Source: a virus | IMG/VR virus record: IMGVR_UViG_3300036981_000255 | Coordinates: 34,617 to 98,616 of that record | Length of the DNA stretch: 64,000 bases | Reading direction: 5' to 3' (one strand) | Shown here: piece by piece, positions 46,900-56,784 of the stretch | How positions within the stretch are numbered: the first letter of the stretch is position 1 | How the letters are laid out: each line of letters starts with the position of its first letter | Notes under the pieces: generated by a model | What the model saw: only the letters and a program-made list of their open reading frames with translations | What the model was told of the DNA's origin: nothing | Database searches by the model: none | Program-made: the position numbers and the translations under genes

Positions 46900-47172
46900 G
46901 TCAAAAGCCCAACATGAGCCATCTTCTGTAACCCAAGTTGCAGATGTGTCAGTTATCCAACCTTCGCAAGATTCTTCAAAAACAGTACAACAAGAGCCTT
47001 TAAATGTATCTTCTGACCCATAATCCAATTGAAGTCTAACAGTCTTTGGATTTATCTGAAGACCTGTGGAAATGTCTATAAACACATTTTGACGTTGAGT
47101 TGCTCCATTGACTGGGACTACGTTAAAAAAGTATTCAAGAATTGTTCCATTGTTGTAGGTTCTGCTCTGCAT
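46894..47172 (-). CDS. small probable virion protein
   Basis: 92 aa; W-x-T repeats at the C-terminus. Confidence 0.5.
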   Translation of the reverse strand: MQSRTYNNGTILEYFFNVVPVNGATQRQNVFIDISTGLQINPKTVRLQLDYGSEDTFKGSCCTVFEESCEGWITDTSATWVTEDGSCWAFDL

Positions 47173-47209
47173 TTTGTATAAGGTTGGATATGTTTTTGTT
47201 CGCTAAAGG

Positions 47210-47533
47210 TTATTTTTTAACAACACGCATTGTACCTTTTAAATGTGTGCCACCGACAAGAATTTGTACTGTGTCACCTTCACCTTCTGTGATAATCGTT
47301 GCATGTTCTAGCAAGGTGTTCAACTCTTCTTGGACGATTTCACGAATGTTCGATTGCATTTCTTCTAATCTATCTAAAACTTCGTACAATAAATCATGAG
47401 TTGTTGAATTATATCCTTTGTTGTCTCCGCTAGTCCTTGGAGATTTTTTTTCGTTTTCGTTAACCATTTTCTGGTTAATTTTGTTGCCAAAATTGTTCAA
47501 AAAGTTGCCAACTTTAATATCTGGTTTTTCCAT
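47210..47533 (-). CDS. hypothetical protein
   Basis: 107 aa; VNE, LLE, ITE sites. Confidence 0.55.
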   Translation of the reverse strand: MEKPDIKVGNFLNNFGNKINQKMVNENEKKSPRTSGDNKGYNSTTHDLLYEVLDRLEEMQSNIREIVQEELNTLLEHATIITEGEGDTVQILVGGTHLKGTMRVVKK

Positions 47534-47534
47534 G

Positions 47535-47951
47535 TTATTCTTCGTTAGTGTTATTATTTTCGGCTTGCATCATTGTGATAATGTTCGCAACACCAGTGAT
47601 AATTCTGTCTATGTTTTTTTCTAATGCTGAATCTACAGCATGTTCGATTAAGTTTTGTAAATAATCTTCATTCACTAAACCTCTTACTCTTTTGTTGTTT
47701 TGTTTGTCATACTGACCACTTCTTGAACTTGAAGTACCATGCTGTGCAGCCGACATACGTTTATTAGTTTTATCAATGTCAAGTTTTTGAAAAAGCGCAT
47801 TAATATCTACTGGTTGCTCGTCTGCTTCTTCATTAATATTTTCAATTGATTCTTGTTCACTTAATTCCGCTATCAACTTTGTCGTATCAATATTGTCAAC
47901 GTCTTTACCTTTTACAACAAAAAGTTCTTGTAATTTATCTTTCTTAGCCAT
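47535..47951 (-). CDS. hypothetical protein
   Basis: 138 aa; INE and VNE sites. Confidence 0.55.
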   Translation of the reverse strand: MAKKDKLQELFVVKGKDVDNIDTTKLIAELSEQESIENINEEADEQPVDINALFQKLDIDKTNKRMSAAQHGTSSSRSGQYDKQNNKRVRGLVNEDYLQNLIEHAVDSALEKNIDRIITGVANIITMMQAENNNTNEE

Positions 47952-48015
47952 TCGATTTTAGTTTTGACTAGAATATAAAGAACTTTTTTGTAATCTAAAC
48001 TACATTACAAATAAA

Positions 48016-48378
48016 TTAGTCAAATTGAGCAATATTATCAACACGAGTCATTGACCTGTCACCACCTCTGTTGAATTGTGGTCTTGGTCTGTCGAATGTG
48101 CGAACTTGTTCAATGTCTGTAATTTTATCAACTCGAAATAATTTCCAAGCAGGGATAACAGTGTCAGTTTCTCCTTTGATTTGAAAAACTCTAATGATTT
48201 TATTACCAGCCGTGCTTTCTCCGAGCGCATAGATTTCACCCCAACGCCAACCTTTCTTTTGAGTTTTATCTCCTTCGTAGTAGAACTTAATAACCCAATG
48301 ATTTTCAATTGAGTCAATAAGAACATCATATCCAATGGATTCAAACAAAAGTCTTTTGTATGTTGATAAAAGGCTCAT
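48016..48378 (-). CDS. stand-alone WYL domain protein
   Basis: VIKFYY....GWR..E.YALG...IRVFQ...WKLFRVDKI; N-terminal LLFES. Confidence 0.75.
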   Translation of the reverse strand: MSLLSTYKRLLFESIGYDVLIDSIENHWVIKFYYEGDKTQKKGWRWGEIYALGESTAGNKIIRVFQIKGETDTVIPAWKLFRVDKITDIEQVRTFDRPRPQFNRGGDRSMTRVDNIAQFD

Positions 48379-48383
48379 AAATA

Positions 48384-49064
48384 TTATTTGTAGTATTCGT
48401 CATAAACATCCCAAGTCATTCCATAATCAATCATCACTATTGAATAATTACCATCCCTCTTCACTAAACCATAAGAATCAATTTGAGTTAAGTCGCCAAT
48501 TGGCACATTATATTTTTGAATATACGCAACCAGCATTTTAAACATTTGACTGTTATAAACAGTAGATATTACTTCTTTAGATATTTTTGAAAAATCATTT
48601 GAAAGTTCGTTTGGATAACTTGTAGAAGACTTCAATTTTTTATAATAATAATCTGCAAGTACAATATTAAAAACATCAAATTCAAGCCCAACAATTTTTT
48701 CCCAAACATAATATTCTAGCTTTCTAGCCAATTCCATCTCATTCCATAGGTTGTTTGGGTGTCTATCATATATTTTTGCAAATAAATCATTAAAATCACC
48801 ATCTTGACTTGCCACATATTCAACTTTATTTTGAGCAATTCCTCTTGAATTACTTGCAACTTTTAAACATTTTTCATCGTCAATCTTAAAAACTTCTCTT
48901 GCTGAACCGCCACCAATATGTTTTAAATGGTCATTTGCATAGTTTAACCTTTCATCAAAATCATTCAATGATTTAAAATGTTCCATATCAAAAGCTTCTG
49001 GATAGGCTTCATCCAAAATAAATTCTCTTATGATTTTCCTTAATATGCTCACTTGTAATCCCAT
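48384..49064 (-). CDS. protein kinase-like protein with leader
   Basis: LRKIIREFILDE; IGGGSAREVF, LKVA, QN..E, GDL...SYG, IDYG. Confidence 0.75.
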   Translation of the reverse strand: MGLQVSILRKIIREFILDEAYPEAFDMEHFKSLNDFDERLNYANDHLKHIGGGSAREVFKIDDEKCLKVASNSRGIAQNKVEYVASQDGDFNDLFAKIYDRHPNNLWNEMELARKLEYYVWEKIVGLEFDVFNIVLADYYYKKLKSSTSYPNELSNDFSKISKEVISTVYNSQMFKMLVAYIQKYNVPIGDLTQIDSYGLVKRDGNYSIVMIDYGMTWDVYDEYYK

Positions 49065-49375
49065 TAATTAATGAAACAATCATAAGGTTTATCCTTAGTG
49101 TATTTGTTCTTCAACAGCGCATTTGTTCTAGCAGAAATGTCAGCAGAACCACCGCCATTGGAACTATCCATATATTGACCAGTACCTTTACCTTTTGCGT
49201 TTTGACGGTCATCAACACCACCTTTGCTTTGATTAGCATTTGGATGACGACTATCATAAGATTTACCAGTTTCATTTTGGTAAATGTTTTCAGTCAAAAG
49301 TTTTTTTCTAGCTTCATTGGCAATCTCTTCAAGTCTATTGCAACTTTTTGGATTGACGTTATTGTTATCGTTCAT
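49064..49375 (-). CDS. small late protein
   Basis: 103 aa; TATTTATA at 49390-49397. Confidence 0.6.
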   Translation of the reverse strand: MNDNNNVNPKSCNRLEEIANEARKKLLTENIYQNETGKSYDSRHPNANQSKGGVDDRQNAKGKGTGQYMDSSNGGGSADISARTNALLKNKYTKDKPYDCFIN

Positions 49376-49449
49376 AATTCTTATTTTATTATAAATATTT
49401 GACTTTTACTTTTGTTACGGAAAGTCTTCTTTTTTCTGTAGAAATATAC

Positions 49450-49541
49450 CACTTGTAGAGACCTATAAAACTATACTTAGTGGGTTAATTCTTCTATATA
49501 AAAAGGAATAAAAAAGTATAGTTGAAAAACCGCTACAAGTG
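49450..49541. other. 92-nt multi-stem hairpin in an intergenic region
   Basis: CACTTGTAG/CTACAAGTG, AACTATACTT/AAGTATAGTT and an inner ATTCTT/AGGAAT stem, all nested. Confidence 0.6.
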
Positions 49542-49629
49542 AGTTGCCACCTGTCATATAATTGTAATTTGTAATGCGATAAAAGAAAACTCTTTTGTTG
49601 TTTTGTTTTTTAACCGAATTTTAGTAACT

Positions 49630-49851
49630 TTATAGTTTGTTAATAAACTTTGTAAACAGGACATAACATCCAAAGTAAACCAAAAAAATGGCTAATGATA
49701 ATATTGCATGGGTCAAATGGTTTGTTATCAAAAAACTGGATAAAATAATGGAAATAATGGAAGGTGTTCCAATAACTAAAACTGAAACAATTCCAGATAA
49801 AATCACATTATTTCGTGACCAATCTCTAAATTTAACAAGTAAGTTTTTCAT
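49630..49851 (-). CDS. small two-TM membrane protein
   Basis: Two hydrophobic stretches. Confidence 0.55.
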   Translation of the reverse strand: MKNLLVKFRDWSRNNVILSGIVSVLVIGTPSIISIILSSFLITNHLTHAILSLAIFLVYFGCYVLFTKFINKL

Positions 49852-49852
49852 A

Positions 49853-50209
49853 TTATATAATGTTTATGTACAATTTTTCGTGAATTGGCGCTATTAATTT
49901 ACCGCAACCATCAAGAAAATTTATTTCAATTATCCCTTCGTAACGTCCTTTATGGAGTGTATCTTTTTGTCGCCATTTGTAAATCATTTTGTATTCTGGA
50001 AAACAATTTTGACACTTTGGAGCGCAATCTTGGACTATCATTGGTTGACAAATTACACGTTTACTGCACGACTTAACGTCTTGCATGGAAAACTTGATTT
50101 CAGCATTTTGGATTTTGTCGTAAAAATCTAAATGTGAATTAAAGCCGTCTTGAATTAGTTCAAGTTCCAGCATTGGTAATGTACTTGATTGCTTTATGAA
50201 AAATTCCAT
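49853..50209 (-). CDS. BppU-N-like virion protein
   Basis: FFIKQ..TLP.L, I.FSM, Y.W...DT...GRYEG. Confidence 0.55.
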   Translation of the reverse strand: MEFFIKQSSTLPMLELELIQDGFNSHLDFYDKIQNAEIKFSMQDVKSCSKRVICQPMIVQDCAPKCQNCFPEYKMIYKWRQKDTLHKGRYEGIIEINFLDGCGKLIAPIHEKLYINII

Positions 50210-50211
50210 TT

Positions 50212-50652
50212 CTATAAATTAGGTATATATTGAATCATTAAATATCCATCAAAAGTAAACAAATCATTTGTTGTAATTTCTTGAAGTTCATCGGGGTCAC
50301 TACCTACTAATATTTGTAGTTGCGGATTACAGTTAAATAACCCATAAGTAGGAGAATAAACATCAACATATAAGTAATATTGCACATTCAAATTATGAAT
50401 AAAACCTGTTCCACCACCTGCTAAACCTGTAAAATCAATTTTTGCACTATAAACTTGTCTTGGAATTCCATTAAATTCAATAAAATAGTTAGGGATTGGA
50501 ACTCCTGTTGCATTTACAACATATTTTAAACCATCCCAAACATTTTGAACAGTGTATTTTTCGTTTATTCCACCTTCTTGCGAATATATTTCCTCGCTAC
50601 CAGTCAAAGGTAAATCAGCATTAGGAAATTCATTAGGTTTTACATTAGCCAT
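50212..50652 (-). CDS. probable fibre/structural protein
   Basis: P.EFP.A..PLTGSE N-terminus; TATTTATA at 50663-50670. Confidence 0.5.
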   Translation of the reverse strand: MANVKPNEFPNADLPLTGSEEIYSQEGGINEKYTVQNVWDGLKYVVNATGVPIPNYFIEFNGIPRQVYSAKIDFTGLAGGGTGFIHNLNVQYYLYVDVYSPTYGLFNCNPQLQILVGSDPDELQEITTNDLFTFDGYLMIQYIPNL

Positions 50653-50692
50653 AATTTTTTATTATAAATATGAAAGAAGTTGTTCTAAATTT

Positions 50693-51511
50693 TTAAATTT
50701 CAATATTCAACAAATTCCAAGCTCTCGCCAATCTTGTCAAACCAATTCCAGCGCCAAAACGTGGAAAGAAATCTAAAGACATGAAATCTTCAAGTTCTTT
50801 TTCGACTCTTTCTTTACCGAACAATTCAAATAATTTGTTTGAATATGCGCCATCCGTAATATTGTAGAATAGATTTTTCATTTCTTCTTTATCACAAGAC
50901 CTTTCAGCAGAACCAATGGTTTCTTGACCATACAAAATAACATCAGCTTTATTGAAAATTCCATTGCCTTTGTGTTTCATATTCCAAAAAGGTGATGTAC
51001 GAATTGGAAATTCTTTCAAAAATACGCAAGTTCCTTTTTCTTTCCACAGGCGACTTTCATGTTCATCTTCAATTGTTTCAATGTTTCCATATTCTGCGCA
51101 AACCTCGTCATAAATCGTGTGAACTGGTTTGTCAAATCCAAGGTATTCTAACAATTCGACTTCTAATGCCACAAGGTCTTCAAAAGTGCCTTTAGATTCA
51201 AATTCAAACATTGGAAATATTTTCTCGTGTCTGCCTTCGATTGGTGTTTGTTCGTTACGATAAGAAGTTGAAATACAGAAAACTCCATCCCACGTAGGAT
51301 TTTTCAAGAGTTCGTACTCTAACCACATTTGACCTGTTTGTGGTAAAGCCCAAGTCAAACCATTATATTCAAATGTTGCAACTGAATGTGGATTCTCACA
51401 AGCTGCAAGAATTGATAATCTGCTTTGTGTCGGAACTTCAATGTAATTTTTGGCGAGAAAGAAAGTTCTCAATTTTTGAACTAATTCGTGGTAAGCTTTT
51501 GTTTGTTTCAT
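50693..51511 (-). CDS. class II aaRS catalytic-domain paralog (AsnRS2/archaeal-type asparagine synthetase-like), no anticodon domain
   Basis: LRTFF...YIEV (motif 1), SYRNE...RH..F...EFE (motif 2), ETIGSAER, GAGIGLTRL (motif 3). Confidence 0.8.
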   Translation of the reverse strand: MKQTKAYHELVQKLRTFFLAKNYIEVPTQSRLSILAACENPHSVATFEYNGLTWALPQTGQMWLEYELLKNPTWDGVFCISTSYRNEQTPIEGRHEKIFPMFEFESKGTFEDLVALEVELLEYLGFDKPVHTIYDEVCAEYGNIETIEDEHESRLWKEKGTCVFLKEFPIRTSPFWNMKHKGNGIFNKADVILYGQETIGSAERSCDKEEMKNLFYNITDGAYSNKLFELFGKERVEKELEDFMSLDFFPRFGAGIGLTRLARAWNLLNIEI

Positions 51512-51521
51512 GTTGTTTTAA

Positions 51522-52304
51522 TTATTTGATTTGTGTAATGTTTTTATTTATATTTATTTCATATATTTTACTAATCTTGTTTAAGGGGATTGACTTAGCT
51601 GTTTTAGCATAACCATCGTTTTTATCAACCCAAAATCCATCGCCATCTACAACTTTCACTTCAATTATGTAATTTGGTTTATTTTCAGTTGGTTTATGTT
51701 TATCTGTTGCGAAAGAAGTTGCATAAGATATTGCAGAATTCGGTGTTTTACTATAAACTGTTAAGCCTTGTTCAACTTCATAACCAATATTCATTTCTTG
51801 ATTTGATTTGATGAATCTGTTAGATTCAATAAATTTCATTTCGGCTGAATTAACACCTCTCCATACAGTGTGTAATAATTCTGGAACTTCATAAAATATG
51901 TAATGTTTGAACCTGTTAGTATTAAATTCCGACTCGTCTGAATATAAAAAGGGATATATGGATTCAGGATATAACTCTTCAATTGTTTCATCTAAATTAC
52001 TCCCGACTACTTTTGAACGAACAATGTTTTTGTCAATATTTCCAACTTCTTCTTGAACGTGTTTTATTTCATTTGACTGAACAATCAATTGGATTTTTTT
52101 GCGAATTTCCTTCTTCTTTTCAATCAGATTTTTTGCTTCATCGGAATTTAGATTTGGACTATCTTGTTCAGTTCTGTTTTTTAATAGATAATCCTTCATC
52201 AATTGATTGACATTTTTAAGTTCTAAATTTAATTTGTCTAACTCAAGATTTTCGTTCTCAAACAGTAAATAGTATTGACCTTCATTCAAGATTATTTTTT
52301 TCAT
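51522..52304 (-). CDS. leader-tagged ADP-ribosyltransferase-like protein
   Basis: MKKIILNEGQYYLLFEN; VWRGV...E, YSKTPNSAISYA, YIIEV, IP...ISKIY. Confidence 0.6.
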   Translation of the reverse strand: MKKIILNEGQYYLLFENENLELDKLNLELKNVNQLMKDYLLKNRTEQDSPNLNSDEAKNLIEKKKEIRKKIQLIVQSNEIKHVQEEVGNIDKNIVRSKVVGSNLDETIEELYPESIYPFLYSDESEFNTNRFKHYIFYEVPELLHTVWRGVNSAEMKFIESNRFIKSNQEMNIGYEVEQGLTVYSKTPNSAISYATSFATDKHKPTENKPNYIIEVKVVDGDGFWVDKNDGYAKTAKSIPLNKISKIYEININKNITQIK

Positions 52305-52330
52305 TTATCTTAGCAATCCAATTGCTTTAT

Positions 52331-52879
52331 TTAAATTTTTTTATTTGGGTTAATTCTAAATACTGAATTAGGTTGATTATGCCCTTCATCCACCCAAATA
52401 GCGTTTAAGCCTAAATTTTCAGCTATTTTAATTGCCATATCGAAATTCACATCTTCTCTGCCATACCCTCTTGGAAGTGGTTCGTGTCTATATATTTTAT
52501 CAGTATCCACTTTAATTTTAGTCAATTCACTTTCCATTCCAGTTCTTGTAAATTCTAAAGCAAACTCTTTTGAAGGGGAATAAAAATTATTACCTTCATT
52601 GTAACCATGTCCACGATATAAGGTTATTATATTTTCAATATTTTTATCTTCATACTGATAAAATATCCAATCTAAGATAGGAACTGTTGTATATTTAACC
52701 GTCACTCCATCGACTTTAATTGATTTAACATTAGACATTTCTTTAATGTTATCAGTTTTTTTAAAGATATGATTTTGAAACTCTTTCTTCTTTTTTAAAG
52801 TTGAAATAATTTTTTCATCCATATCCGATGCCTGTTCAAATAAATTATCAAATTGTTGTTCGTTGATTAATATTCGCAT
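52331..52879 (-). CDS. leader-tagged ADP-ribosyltransferase-like protein
   Basis: MRILINEQQFDNLFEQ; TLYRG, FYSPSKEFALEF, G..AIWVDEG. Confidence 0.6.
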   Translation of the reverse strand: MRILINEQQFDNLFEQASDMDEKIISTLKKKKEFQNHIFKKTDNIKEMSNVKSIKVDGVTVKYTTVPILDWIFYQYEDKNIENIITLYRGHGYNEGNNFYSPSKEFALEFTRTGMESELTKIKVDTDKIYRHEPLPRGYGREDVNFDMAIKIAENLGLNAIWVDEGHNQPNSVFRINPNKKI

Positions 52880-53391
52880 TATTCAAAATCTAGCTCAAAT
52901 TGTTTGTTGGATTGGACACACGTTATTGTATTCCAAAACGCTTTATAACCAAAAAAAAGTTTATCAGATTCTATTTTTTTAGCGTCATTTGACACTTCAA
53001 AATAAATCAACTTTGTTTCATCTAATCTAATGGCAATAATGTCACCATAAGATATTTGTACATCTAATTTTTTCAAATCATCAATTAAAAAGTGAACTTT
53101 CAAATTACCATACTCTTCGTATCTTACCATACCTTTATCAGCAATATACGTTTCATTAGTAGATGATTCTAATTTGAATAAGGCTGGAATTTCTACAGCT
53201 TCATCGTTGTAAATCTCTTGGTCAAAACCTTCATTGTAAACAGCATTAACTTGAGACTTTTCTTTAATAATTTTGATGAAATAAACCTTTGAATCAATGG
53301 AAGCCATGTGTTCACGAGCCATGCCTAAATAGTATTGGTATTCTTCTTCCGAGAAAAATTTTTGATTTCTATTGACTGGCGATAAATCCAT
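52879..53391 (-). CDS. head completion/neck protein (gp14-like)
   Basis: Beta-barrel pattern VY.E...E, GNL.V.F...DL, I..GDII, YFEV; TATTTATA at 53435-53442. Confidence 0.55.
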   Translation of the reverse strand: MDLSPVNRNQKFFSEEEYQYYLGMAREHMASIDSKVYFIKIIKEKSQVNAVYNEGFDQEIYNDEAVEIPALFKLESSTNETYIADKGMVRYEEYGNLKVHFLIDDLKKLDVQISYGDIIAIRLDETKLIYFEVSNDAKKIESDKLFFGYKAFWNTITCVQSNKQFELDFE

Positions 53392-53459
53392 TTGATTTTG
53401 TAGTTTTTTTTCGTTATATTAAAGCAACATTTTCTATAAATAGTACAAAAAATTTCAAA

Positions 53460-55565
53460 ATGCAACAAGAACTGCCTAGTTTCGACACCAAACAATTTGC
53501 CACTTATGATGGTGAAAACCCATTTATTCTCCAATTGATTGAAAGATTTTCAAATGATATAAATTTTAATCTAACGATGTTTGAAAATGAATATCTTGTG
53601 AATAATTTCAAATATAGTGGTTATGGATTTCCAAGGATGCAAATCAATGTTGGTTCTGCCACTGAAAAGCGGATTCAAAAAGAATTTGCTTTAGATAGAG
53701 CAGTTCCTCATGTTTACGTTGATACATTAATTGGCGAAACGGAAGAATGGTATCACACGAGTTGTCGAACACAAAAAGGATTAGTTTATTTTTGGCTGTT
53801 TAAAGTCGAAATTGGCAACCTTTATGAACTTGTGTACACTCATAACAGTCAAATTGATTTTGAAGCCTTGAATGCCCAATTTAACGGTAAAAATCTTATG
53901 ACTCATCAAGAAAGAGCCGTTGATTTTTTGGCATATCATAAGAGATGTTTTTTATTGGATACTGCTGGCAATGGGAAAACTTATTCGTCCATTGCTGCTG
54001 CTATTGCAACCGATTGTCAAAAGATTCTTATTGTATGTCTAAGCGGTTTGAAAAAGAATTGGTCTTTGGAATTGAAAGAATGGTCTGAAACAGCTAAAGT
54101 GATAAGCGGAGAAAATAATTGGTCTGATACACCTTCAAGATTCACAATCATTAATTTCGACATTTTAGCCAACTACCATCAAAAAGGCAAAGGCAAAACA
54201 AGTCTTTTATTAGCAGAAAAATTCGATTGCATTATCGTTGACGAAATACAAAAAATTCGTAAAACAACTTCACAACGAAGTAAAGTGATAGCGGATTTGT
54301 GCGCTTCACAATCAGTTAAATACGTCTGGGGACTTTCAGGGACACCAATTGCAAAAAATGAAGAATTTTTAAACCTTTGTATGAATCTAAACATCAGTAT
54401 CAGCGATTTAATTTACACTCCGAAACATTATCACTATTTGGAATATTCAGTCAAAAATGCCGATTTTATTGAAAGATACTGTTATGGGTTAAGACCAAAA
54501 GGTAATCGTACTTTTTGGGTTAAAGGTAAAAAGGTTGATGGAATAATGCAACATAATAGTAACACCCACGAATTACATCAAAGAACCAAACATTTACAAT
54601 TAAGAAGGCGTACAGAAAATTCAGTCGAAGGATTTCCAGATAAAACAAGAGACAAACTTTGGACTACTTTCACATCAAAAGAACAACAAGAATATAATGA
54701 ACTTTTTGACAATTACTTACAAGTTAAAGGTTTGAATGATGAAGTTGACAAATTGTTTGCATTGAAAATGAAAGAGTTGAAAACAATATTTACAGAAAAT
54801 CAAAAATTCTACGACTTTGAAAAGTATGTCTTTAGATGTGTAAATGACCTCAATAAAATAAAAGACCAAACGACTAGATTTAATGATTCACATGAAAATA
54901 TTGTAAAATCTTATGCCGATAATACGTTGGCAAAGATTGAAAAGATTATAGCCAATTACCGAGAACATATAATTAAATGTGAAAAGTTAGAAAAGGAAGA
55001 AAAAATTGACCAAATAACTAAATTTGAAGTAAAAATACCAAAAGACATTGAGAAAAATCGAGTGTTGATTGAAACAATACTCCTACGTCAATATCTAGCA
55101 ATCAAGAAAGTACCCCACACTGTCAAATTTGTTAAAGATGAAATTGAAGACGGAAACAATGTGATAATTTTTACACATTTCATTGAAGAATTTAATCTTT
55201 TGGCTGCTAATTTTAAATCAAATGGTGTTATGGTTCGTGGTGGGTCAACAGAAAAAAAACAAGCAGCAGTTGACGAATTTATGACGAACCCTAAGAAGAA
55301 TGTTATCATTGGAAATATAACAACACTTGGCACAGGGTTTAATATCACAAAAGCAGATGTTGTTATGTTCAATAGTCCTAATTGGGATGGTAGTGAACAT
55401 GAGCAAGCAGAAAAAAGAGCGTGGCGCATCGGACGTAAAGAATTAGTCAAATGTTATTATCATTTGTTCGATGGTTCAATTGAAGAACGTGTTTTTGACA
55501 TTTCTGAAAATAAAAAGACCAATTCTGAAATTTTCTTAGGCGATGAGAAGTCTACCCCTATTTGA
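53460..55565 (+). CDS. SNF2-family helicase
   Basis: HQ, DTAGNGKT, IIVDEIQ, LSGTP, GTGFNIT.A, QAEKRAWRIG. Confidence 0.9.
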   Translation: MQQELPSFDTKQFATYDGENPFILQLIERFSNDINFNLTMFENEYLVNNFKYSGYGFPRMQINVGSATEKRIQKEFALDRAVPHVYVDTLIGETEEWYHTSCRTQKGLVYFWLFKVEIGNLYELVYTHNSQIDFEALNAQFNGKNLMTHQERAVDFLAYHKRCFLLDTAGNGKTYSSIAAAIATDCQKILIVCLSGLKKNWSLELKEWSETAKVISGENNWSDTPSRFTIINFDILANYHQKGKGKTSLLLAEKFDCIIVDEIQKIRKTTSQRSKVIADLCASQSVKYVWGLSGTPIAKNEEFLNLCMNLNISISDLIYTPKHYHYLEYSVKNADFIERYCYGLRPKGNRTFWVKGKKVDGIMQHNSNTHELHQRTKHLQLRRRTENSVEGFPDKTRDKLWTTFTSKEQQEYNELFDNYLQVKGLNDEVDKLFALKMKELKTIFTENQKFYDFEKYVFRCVNDLNKIKDQTTRFNDSHENIVKSYADNTLAKIEKIIANYREHIIKCEKLEKEEKIDQITKFEVKIPKDIEKNRVLIETILLRQYLAIKKVPHTVKFVKDEIEDGNNVIIFTHFIEEFNLLAANFKSNGVMVRGGSTEKKQAAVDEFMTNPKKNVIIGNITTLGTGFNITKADVVMFNSPNWDGSEHEQAEKRAWRIGRKELVKCYYHLFDGSIEERVFDISENKKTNSEIFLGDEKSTPI

Positions 55566-55583
55566 TATTTGTTTATCTATTTG

Positions 55584-55611
55584 GCACAATGCAAACATTG
55601 TGCTATTTATA
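55584..55611 (+). promoter_or_regulatory. hairpin GCACAATG-CAAA-CATTGTGC followed by late promoter TATTTATA (55604-55611)
   Basis: Perfect 8-bp stem abutting the motif 12 nt upstream of ATG 55624. Confidence 0.6.
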
Positions 55612-55623
55612 TAGAAAACATTT

Positions 55624-56778
55624 ATGGCAACAACAAATAATCCTTCAGACTGCATCAACAACGAAGAAAAACAGTGTCTTATACAAGATGTTGGAAACCT
55701 TTTAACTGCTGGCATTACCAAACTTGAAATAAGTAGTGCAGCTTGGTGTACGTTTTTAAAATTTGCAGTCGAAGAATATGTAACGCAAATTCAAATGTGG
55801 TTGATTGATAATCAATGGTCATCACTGAATGGCAAAGACGTTACAAAAAATGACATTTGTTTTGCATTAACTCAAAGGTCTATTGACGCTGAACTTCAAT
55901 TTTCTTATGCTTATAGCAAACAAGTGGGTTTGCAATCTCGTGGCAATTATGAATTAAAGAAAGATTACATCATCATTGAAGAAGGTACACAAGTTTATGA
56001 GATTCCAAGAGGTCGAGAAATAAATTCAGTCTTATGGCTCACACCTTCTGATATTGACCATGCGACTTTTTCAAGTCTTGGTTATGGTACAAACCTAAAT
56101 GGAACTGGTGTTGGTGGGTATTCTGGCTTCGGTTATGGTGGAGGTTTAGGTGCAATCAATGGCGCATATTATATAGCTCCTGCTTATGATATTGTTTTAA
56201 GGGCTGCGGATTTTGGATTGAAGAACCGAATTTTAAAATCAGATTTGACTTATAAAATAACAGCAGGGGCAAATGGCACAAGACTTCTTCACTTGTTTTC
56301 TATTCCAAATCATGGGAATGAAATAGGAATTCGTAAGAATTTGTATAAGTGTAAGGTCTGGTATCATTATTACGACACCGAAGATTTGACAGCAGAAGAC
56401 AAAAATAAATGTCTTGAGACTTGTAAAGACATTATAAAATTTCCATCAGACGTTCCACTTCCAAAGACTGATTTTTGTGATTTGAATGAGCCTAGTAAAG
56501 TTTGGGTTCGTAAATTTCTGACGGCTTATGCTAAAGAAGCTCTTGGAAGAGCAAGAGGTAAGTTTAAAGGTGAATTACCATTTCCAGACTCAAATGCAAA
56601 CATGGATTACGAATCACTTTTAGCGGAAGGGAAAGAAGAAAAGGAAAATCTTATTGAAGAACTTAAAACTTGGCTTGAAGGAATGCGAAGTGATAAACAA
56701 TTAGAAAGAAGAGCAGGTGAAGCTGAAAATCTAAATACGATTTTAAGTAAAGTACCTAGTGGTTTTTGGGTAAAATAG
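55624..56778 (+). CDS. neck/head-tail adaptor protein (gp13-like)
   Basis: LTAG...LEI, WVRKF.TA.AKE.LGRARGKF, L..EG.EEK..L..EL. Confidence 0.75.
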   Translation: MATTNNPSDCINNEEKQCLIQDVGNLLTAGITKLEISSAAWCTFLKFAVEEYVTQIQMWLIDNQWSSLNGKDVTKNDICFALTQRSIDAELQFSYAYSKQVGLQSRGNYELKKDYIIIEEGTQVYEIPRGREINSVLWLTPSDIDHATFSSLGYGTNLNGTGVGGYSGFGYGGGLGAINGAYYIAPAYDIVLRAADFGLKNRILKSDLTYKITAGANGTRLLHLFSIPNHGNEIGIRKNLYKCKVWYHYYDTEDLTAEDKNKCLETCKDIIKFPSDVPLPKTDFCDLNEPSKVWVRKFLTAYAKEALGRARGKFKGELPFPDSNANMDYESLLAEGKEEKENLIEELKTWLEGMRSDKQLERRAGEAENLNTILSKVPSGFWVK

Positions 56779-56784
56779 AGCAAC

